NCBI GenBank assembly: GCA_021806615.1
Contig: JAJZRB010000003.1
Coordinates: 2,766-66,765 of the forward strand
Reading direction: 5' to 3'
DNA length: 64,000 bases
DNA from: a bacterium
GTDB taxonomy: Bacteria > Patescibacteriota > Patescibacteriia > Patescibacteriales > UBA12465
Part shown: piece after piece, positions 57,052 to 64,000 of the stretch
Layout: every line of letters starts with the position of its first letter
Position numbering within the stretch: position 1 is the first letter of the stretch
The notes under the pieces: generated by a model
What the model was told of the DNA's origin: nothing
Seen by the model: the letters and a program-made list of their open reading frames with translations, nothing else
The model's database searches: none
Made by a program: the position numbers and the translations under genes

Positions 57052-57721
57052 CAATATGATAAATATCGTCGTCGGCAAGCCCGGCTCGGGGAAAACATAT
57101 TATCTGGTCAGGAAAGCTCATAAATTCTTGCGGCAAGGTCGCGACGTTTATTCTAATTTTTTTATAGACTTCAAATCGTATGACGAAGAAACAAGAAAAA
57201 AACCTATTAACCGTTGGCTGGACAGGTTTTATAATCTTCCTTTTATTAGGGATGTTCGCGCTAAATTGTTTCATAACAAAAATAGACAATTCGGAAAACT
57301 CTATTTCTGGAACGAACTCGAGGACTTGCTCGAAATAAGAGGCGGCGAAATTTTAATCGACGAGTGCCAAATATATTTTAACTCGCGCTCCTGGAAGAAA
57401 CTTCCTTTTCGTCTGCAATACAAACTGCAGCAGCACCGCAAGCATATCAGAAAGAACGGAGACGGTTCTTTTATGGCTTTGAATATTTGGGGTGCGGTTC
57501 AAAACGTGAAGCGCATCGATACCGTCGTCCGGGAATTGGTTAATAACATTTATTCGCTAAAGAAAATTGGGCCTTTATTCAGGGCTTGCTTATACGACAT
57601 CGAAGACATCGATAAAGAGAAGCGCAAACCCTATAAAATCAGTCTGTTCTTATTCAGCAAAAAATTGGCGGCTTGTTATGACACTTTTCAGGAAATAATC
57701 GGATTTAAAGAAAATAAATAG
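57041..57721 (+). CDS. Zot / gpI-like inovirus assembly ATPase
   Basis: N-terminal P-loop IVVGKPGSGKTYYLV and Walker B ILIDECQ; 226 aa, at the position of gene I. Confidence 0.8.
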   Translation: MGTNNMINIVVGKPGSGKTYYLVRKAHKFLRQGRDVYSNFFIDFKSYDEETRKKPINRWLDRFYNLPFIRDVRAKLFHNKNRQFGKLYFWNELEDLLEIRGGEILIDECQIYFNSRSWKKLPFRLQYKLQQHRKHIRKNGDGSFMALNIWGAVQNVKRIDTVVRELVNNIYSLKKIGPLFRACLYDIEDIDKEKRKPYKISLFLFSKKLAACYDTFQEIIGFKENK

Positions 57722-57724
57722 TTG

Positions 57725-57799
57725 ACCGGCCGCATCCAATTTTTTTATTTGTCGGCGAGTTCTGCTAACGAGCCGACAAATAAAAATGACGCGGCCGGT
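57725..57799. repeat. Nested inverted repeat in the Zot-Rep intergenic region (candidate origin, packaging signal or terminator)
   Basis: Outer 9-bp arms ACCGGCCGC (57725-57733) / GCGGCCGGT (57791-57799). Inner perfect 15-bp arms TTTTTATTTGTCGGC (57742-57756) / GCCGACAAATAAAAA (57772-57786). Confidence 0.6.
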
Positions 57800-58069
57800 A
57801 AATGAGATTTTAGAAAATATAATATTAGATAATTAACTTGACCATACGCACACACCGGCAGAAAAAAATCAATATGATTTACAAAAACATCAAATATGAA
57901 TTTGAATACATCCTCTGGCTTAGAGGAAGAATTAAAGCTCTGCGCTTCGGAATAAGCCATAGAGTCAAAACGGACAGCACCGATGATTACGAACTTCTGG
58001 CTCGCAAACTTAAATCATATAATGAGGAGTTTAATTCTGTCATAGACGAATTGACCTCCCTATTGAGAA

Positions 58070-58801
58070 ATGGCGACTTATCGGCACAAACTGATAATAT
58101 CGGGCAAGAAAGCGGAGCTCTACGAATACGAAGCTCCTATTCGGAGCGGCAAGAAAAAGAAACCGGGGAAAAAGGCCAAACGGCGCACCAAAGAGGAAGT
58201 GATAGCGGAAGCGAAACGGAACGAAAAAACCGCTTTCCGGATGGAAGTGATGCGAGACTTCTCTTTGCGGCGCACCAGAGCAAGAATAGTTCGCCTCATA
58301 GATTCCAACCCAGACTTGAAGGTCTTTATAACCCTGACTTTCGCCGATAATATCAAGGAACTGAAAGAGGCAAACATAATTTTTAAAAAATTTATTCTGC
58401 GCTTAAAATACGGGCGAGAAAATCTTAAATATTTGGCCGTGCCCGAATTTCAAAAGCGCGGCGCGGTTCATTACCACTTGCTGATAAATTTTGAAATCGC
58501 CAACGATGAGCTAGCAAAAATATGGCAACAAGGATTTGTTATGATAAACCGAGTAAAGCACATCAATAATTTAGGATTATATATTTCAAAGTATGTCGGA
58601 AAAAATTTGTTCGACATCCGCTATTTCGGAATGCGAAAGATATTGGCTTCAAAAAATCTTGAGCAGCCGATCATAATAACAGCTTTTAAAGAAGTCAAAG
58701 AATTCTTAGTAAACGCCATCGGAAATATCCCTCCCCTTTTCAGCAAGACCTATCGCTCAGACTGGTTCGGACGGATAGATTACCGGCTTTACGGGACTTA
58801 A
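58070..58801 (+). CDS. Rolling-circle replication initiator (HUH endonuclease, gpII-like)
   Basis: Motif 1 FITLTF, HUH motif VHYHLLI and the Tyr motif YISKYVGK, in canonical order. Confidence 0.8.
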   Translation: MATYRHKLIISGKKAELYEYEAPIRSGKKKKPGKKAKRRTKEEVIAEAKRNEKTAFRMEVMRDFSLRRTRARIVRLIDSNPDLKVFITLTFADNIKELKEANIIFKKFILRLKYGRENLKYLAVPEFQKRGAVHYHLLINFEIANDELAKIWQQGFVMINRVKHINNLGLYISKYVGKNLFDIRYFGMRKILASKNLEQPIIITAFKEVKEFLVNAIGNIPPLFSKTYRSDWFGRIDYRLYGT

Positions 58802-58838
58802 TAATACCTTTGGTTAAAACATAGTCGCAGGACTATGT

Positions 58839-59033
58839 ATGAACATAAAAAAAGAGCACGTTGACAAATTTATCAGCGTTTACGAAAAAACCTTCCGCGA
58901 TAAGGTCGCTTATCGGGAAGCATTCGAGCAATGCCTGCAGCTGGTGCTTTTACTAAGCGCGATTTATCACCCCATGACGCCCGAAGATTTCAAACGCGTC
59001 CAGGAAAGACGCCGCAAAACCGGCGATCTTTAA
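58839..59033 (+). CDS. Hypothetical small protein
   Basis: 64-aa ORF downstream of Rep. No motif. Confidence 0.3.
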   Translation: MNIKKEHVDKFISVYEKTFRDKVAYREAFEQCLQLVLLLSAIYHPMTPEDFKRVQERRRKTGDL

Positions 59034-59071
59034 GGCCTTGAAAAAATAGGCCGTTATGGTAATATATTGGT

Positions 59072-59176
59072 GAGACCCAACTAAATAACATCCGCCAGAG
59101 GATTTTTTATACTCGCCCCCAAAAAGGGACGGTTCTGCCGACGAGTATTGCCTTTGGCGATATTTAGTTGGGTCTC
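59072..59176. repeat. Long imperfect hairpin of about 105 nt upstream of the integrase module
   Basis: Perfect 16-bp arms GAGACCCAACTAAATA (59072-59087) / TATTTAGTTGGGTCTC (59161-59176), with nested arms GCCAGAGG/CCTTTGGC and ATACTCG/CGAGTAT. Confidence 0.65.
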
Positions 59177-59196
59177 CAGGACCGCCCCTTTTTGTT

Positions 59197-59404
59197 ATGA
59201 AAAAACCAAAAACCGAAAACAAAAAATCGAACATAGGCTGCAAAACGTTGCTTAATATGGCCGAAGCTCTCAACGAAATTCGGTTAGATTTTGAATTGCC
59301 GGACGAACATCTCGACCGGGAAAGCAAAGCGGAAACGCTGAAAGAAATCCGGGACGACTTGATAAGCATTTTTTGGAATTATGACTTGGTAAAAAGGAAC
59401 AAAT

Positions 59405-59433
<29 letters not shown>
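59197..59433 (+). CDS. Hypothetical small protein, candidate recombination directionality factor by position
   Basis: 78-aa ORF overlapping the integrase start by 29 nt. No motif; the call is by position only. Confidence 0.3.
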
Positions 59434-61087
<1,654 letters not shown>

Positions 61088-61196
61088 TATCTGAACCGAC
61101 GGACTTTAATTTTCTAAAAACCACTCTAGCATGTTTTTTGTTAATTTTCAATAAAAATGATAAAATAACAACAAAATAAAGTAAAGGCATAAAAAT

Positions 61197-61907
61197 ATGT
61201 TCAATATCCTTAATCTATTCAAAAATATTCCTGATACCAGTAATGGCAATTCATTGAGCGCCAGCAAGGCGGAGCGCGACGAATTATGCACGACGATAAT
61301 CAATTCTTCGGCCTTGAAAGGCGGTTTCTACCTCTTGATAATACTGTCTACTTTCATCGTAACGGTCGGATTATTGAAAAATAATCTTATTCTGACTATA
61401 GGCGGAATGCTGGTCGCTCCTTTGCTTTCACCGATAATGTCAATCTCCTTATCTATTACTATCTTGAACTTAAGGGTTTTCTTGCGATCAATCCGGATCT
61501 TTATCATCTCGGCCCTGGCTTCCCTGCTCGTCTCTTATATCTTGGGACTAATAGCTAATTTTTCTCTCTCCCGGATAGAATTGATAGACTTAATGAAGGC
61601 TACCGGCCTGACCACGCTCCTAATCCCCATCGCCGCTGGCGCTGCCGCCAGCTTTACCTGGGCCAAGAAGGATTTAAACAGCTCTTTGCCTGGCGTAGCA
61701 ATCACAGTTACCTTATTGCCGCCTCTTACGGTCATGGGGCTAGCTCTGGCCGCCAAAGATCTCTTGATATTCAAAGAAGCCCTCGATGTTTATCTTCTGA
61801 ATGTCGCGGGAATCATTATCGGCAGCTTGGTTATCTTCGTCCTGATGGGATTCTATAAGTCCGCCAAGAAAATAATCGCCCAAGTGGAAGAAGAGGAAAA
61901 GAACTAA
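61197..61907 (+). CDS. DUF389-family integral membrane protein
   Basis: GGMLVAPLLSPIMSISL matches the conserved DUF389 signature as I recall it; multiple TM segments. Confidence 0.55.
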   Translation: MFNILNLFKNIPDTSNGNSLSASKAERDELCTTIINSSALKGGFYLLIILSTFIVTVGLLKNNLILTIGGMLVAPLLSPIMSISLSITILNLRVFLRSIRIFIISALASLLVSYILGLIANFSLSRIELIDLMKATGLTTLLIPIAAGAAASFTWAKKDLNSSLPGVAITVTLLPPLTVMGLALAAKDLLIFKEALDVYLLNVAGIIIGSLVIFVLMGFYKSAKKIIAQVEEEEKN

Positions 61908-61925
61908 TGATAATTCGGATAATAA

Positions 61926-61952
61926 TAAAAACTACCCATTAAGGGTAGTTTT
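61926..61952. terminator. Bidirectional hairpin terminator
   Basis: AAAAACTACCC / GGGTAGTTTTT 11-bp stem with a 5-nt loop, between convergent genes. Confidence 0.6.
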
Positions 61953-61982
61953 TATTATCAATTTTTCTTATTTTCTACGGTA

Positions 61983-62846
61983 TTAGTTGCTGGTCGCGGT
62001 ATCCATGACATTCTCACTGCCATCGTTAATCATTATTTCTCCCGACATCGAGCTAGAACTGTCTGTCTGCGGAGTAGATGTGGCGCTTAAGGCTGGACGG
62101 CAAGACTTGAGGCTATCCTTATAAGTCTTCCAGATCGACTCCTGCGCTAATTTAGCTGTCTTGGCGATTTGGTCGTGCGTATCCTGGAAAGTATTGATGC
62201 AGGCGTCTAAAGCATCGTGCTGATTAGCCGTGGTTTGGATGGCCGCCTGCTGGCAGGTGCTCCGCGTATTGATAGCCGCTTGCAAATCTGTCATGGTTGT
62301 CGCCAATTTCGCGACTAAAGCCTGATCCTTAGTATTAATCGCGGCCGTAACGCAAGCCACTGCATCGCCGCTGACAATAGCCGAGGTGGAAGAAGCGCGG
62401 CCCGGCATATTTTCCTCTTCATTATCGTTATTATTATCTTGGCCATTATCATCTTTCCTTATCCCCCAGAGAGCATTGCCTTTTTCCTGTATTTTCTCGT
62501 ATAAATGGATGAAAGCCGGAGCGGGGATCTTTTCTAAAATCTTTTTGGCTTTATTGACCAGCGCCCCGGGAGATACTTTATCCGTGCTGGTTCCACTTAA
62601 TTCCTGGCTGCTGCCTAGGTTGCCCTGGGCCGCTCCATTATCCTGGCCAAGGCCAGCATTCAGGCGAATGCCATATAAAGCGTTACCGACACGCTTCATC
62701 ACCCTGAATTCCTTGATGTATTCGGGCGATAGGATCTTCTCTAACTCATCGGCTCGTGCCGGCAGAAAAGCGGCAAAAGCGAAAATTAGCGAAGCTAAAA
62801 CTAACAAAGATGTCATTTTTTTCATAATTTTTACCCTAAGGGTCAA
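61983..62846 (-). CDS. Secreted hypothetical protein
   Basis: Signal peptide MKKMTSLLVLASLIFAFAAFLPARA. An internal duplication of a KI..P...I..YE/F.....GNALWGIR-like segment. Confidence 0.45.
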   Translation of the reverse strand: MTLRVKIMKKMTSLLVLASLIFAFAAFLPARADELEKILSPEYIKEFRVMKRVGNALYGIRLNAGLGQDNGAAQGNLGSSQELSGTSTDKVSPGALVNKAKKILEKIPAPAFIHLYEKIQEKGNALWGIRKDDNGQDNNNDNEEENMPGRASSTSAIVSGDAVACVTAAINTKDQALVAKLATTMTDLQAAINTRSTCQQAAIQTTANQHDALDACINTFQDTHDQIAKTAKLAQESIWKTYKDSLKSCRPALSATSTPQTDSSSSMSGEIMINDGSENVMDTATSN

Positions 62847-62876
62847 TTAAAAAAATAAATAAATTATATAAAGGAT

Positions 62877-63290
62877 CTAATTGCCGTATTTGCGTTTGAA
62901 ATCAGCCTCATCGCCAAAAGGCGAAAAATCCTGTTCTATCTGGCTCGCCTGGGCCTTGAAACCCGGCTTATTCTCGTGCATGATGCCGCACCAATACTTT
63001 TCTGTCCGTCCGGCGATTTCCTTCAGGTATAATAAGACCCCATTAGCGTAGCCGCAGTACATGCAGTCAATCTTTTCCAGCGGAGTCAGGTAAGCCAGTT
63101 TATTCCTGTCCCGCACCAAGATATAGGCGGAACGCTTCACTTTCGGAAGATGGTAAATAGGGAAACAGACCGCCTGATACAGGGACGTCAACAGGTCTAG
63201 AAATATGAGCCCGATAAAAGGCAGCCAGATAAACGGCGCGGAAAGAAGGTGCCCCAAGAACCTCTGCGAGCGGAAATGGCGGTAATCCAT
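62877..63290 (-). CDS. Hypothetical membrane protein
   Basis: 137 aa with two N-terminal TM segments and a CMYCGY motif. Confidence 0.4.
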   Translation of the reverse strand: MDYRHFRSQRFLGHLLSAPFIWLPFIGLIFLDLLTSLYQAVCFPIYHLPKVKRSAYILVRDRNKLAYLTPLEKIDCMYCGYANGVLLYLKEIAGRTEKYWCGIMHENKPGFKAQASQIEQDFSPFGDEADFKRKYGN

Positions 63291-63403
63291 AGCCAGAAAA
63301 AATAAATAATAGTTATGATAAAACAGCTATGATCTTATTATAACAAAATTACGGAGAGTTTTCTACCCATACTCGTTAGAATATTAAAAACGCTAAGAAC
63401 GGT

Positions 63404-63847
63404 CTAGGTTTTAGCCTGGAAATCAGCTAAATCCCTCAGGACCTCCGCAGCGTGTTCTAGAGGATCAACGTCGTCATAAACTTTCGCTATCCGTCCGCTA
63501 GGATCGATAAGATAAGAAATACGGCTGAATAACCCGCCGGCGCCATAGTCCTTGACGATCTTATGGTCGTCGTCTGAAAGCAGGATAAAAGGCAAGGAAA
63601 ACTCTTGAGCGAATTTTTCATGGCTGACGACCGAATCCTTGCTGACGCCGAGGACGACCGTTTCCAATTCCTGGAATTTCGGATACTTGTCCCGGAAGGC
63701 GCAGGCCTCCTTCGTACAGCCCGGAGTATTATCGCGCGGATAAAAATATAGGATAACCCAGCGGCCGCGGTAGTCAGACAGGCGATGTAACTGGCCAGTC
63801 TGGTCCTTAGCCTCCGCTTCCGGGGCATAGATGCCTGTTTTAAGCAT
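63404..63847 (-). CDS. bcp: Thiol peroxidase, Bcp-type peroxiredoxin
   Basis: PRDNTPGCTKEAC peroxidatic-Cys motif; 147 aa. Confidence 0.85.
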   Translation of the reverse strand: MLKTGIYAPEAEAKDQTGQLHRLSDYRGRWVILYFYPRDNTPGCTKEACAFRDKYPKFQELETVVLGVSKDSVVSHEKFAQEFSLPFILLSDDDHKIVKDYGAGGLFSRISYLIDPSGRIAKVYDDVDPLEHAAEVLRDLADFQAKT

Positions 63848-64000
63848 AAATTTACAAAAAATTAATAAAGCTTATTTTATTAATACGCCTGGACGGAAAT
63901 AAATGATACAAAATAAAAAATCCCGTCTTTTCGGCGGGATTGGAATCGTTTCTTGGCGGCTCAATATTATTTTAAATAAACATTCAGCTTATGCCAGAAT

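Noticed and set aside
63900-64000. Possible partial gene or terminator at the right edge (hairpin ATCCCG/CGGGAT at about 63918-63941)
   Set aside because: There is too little sequence to support a coding call. The hairpin may terminate a minus-strand gene lying beyond the window.

Overview
The window looks like a small-genome, CPR/Patescibacteria-like bacterium (taxonomy is inference only). It uses the standard genetic code and splits into two very different halves.

Positions 1-29.7 kb are GC-richer core genome:
- The 5-prime 5.4 kb of a giant secreted repeat protein on the minus strand, running off the left edge.
- A complete type IV pilus locus: four minor pilins, a major pilin, pilC, pilB and pilM/N/O-like genes, with ybeY, a FemAB-family gene and a 465-aa secreted protein embedded in it.
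- A TolB-like propeller protein, comF, and thrS preceded by a T-box leader.
- A zwf-gnd-pgl oxidative pentose-phosphate operon, rpsD and small enzymes.

Positions 29.7-61.1 kb are a visibly AT-richer mosaic island that ends at a tRNA-Ser(UGA) gene (61001-61087, minus strand). It has three blocks:
1. 29.7-38.5 kb: an integron-like array of single-gene cassettes. The cassettes are separated by a structured composite repeat of about 50-85 nt. Part of that repeat copies the 3-prime end of the tRNA-Ser.
2. 38.5-51.7 kb: a metal-resistance block with three ArsR-family regulators, two P-type ATPases, arsD-arsA, thiol-redox proteins and proteins with Cys/Gly-rich tails.
3. 51.9-61.0 kb: an integrated filamentous-phage (inovirus-like) module. 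It has a HUH Rep, an ssDNA-binding-like protein, small membrane proteins, a major coat protein, a pIII-like protein, a pVI-like protein and a Zot/pI ATPase. A lexA gene lies at its left end. A large serine recombinase lies at its right end, and the last 36 nt of that gene overlap the tRNA-Ser gene.

The most unusual feature is the cassette array with tRNA-mimic repeats and no tyrosine integrase. No CRISPR array, rRNA gene or reverse transcriptase was seen. All functional calls come from reading motifs in the supplied translations; no database search was run.
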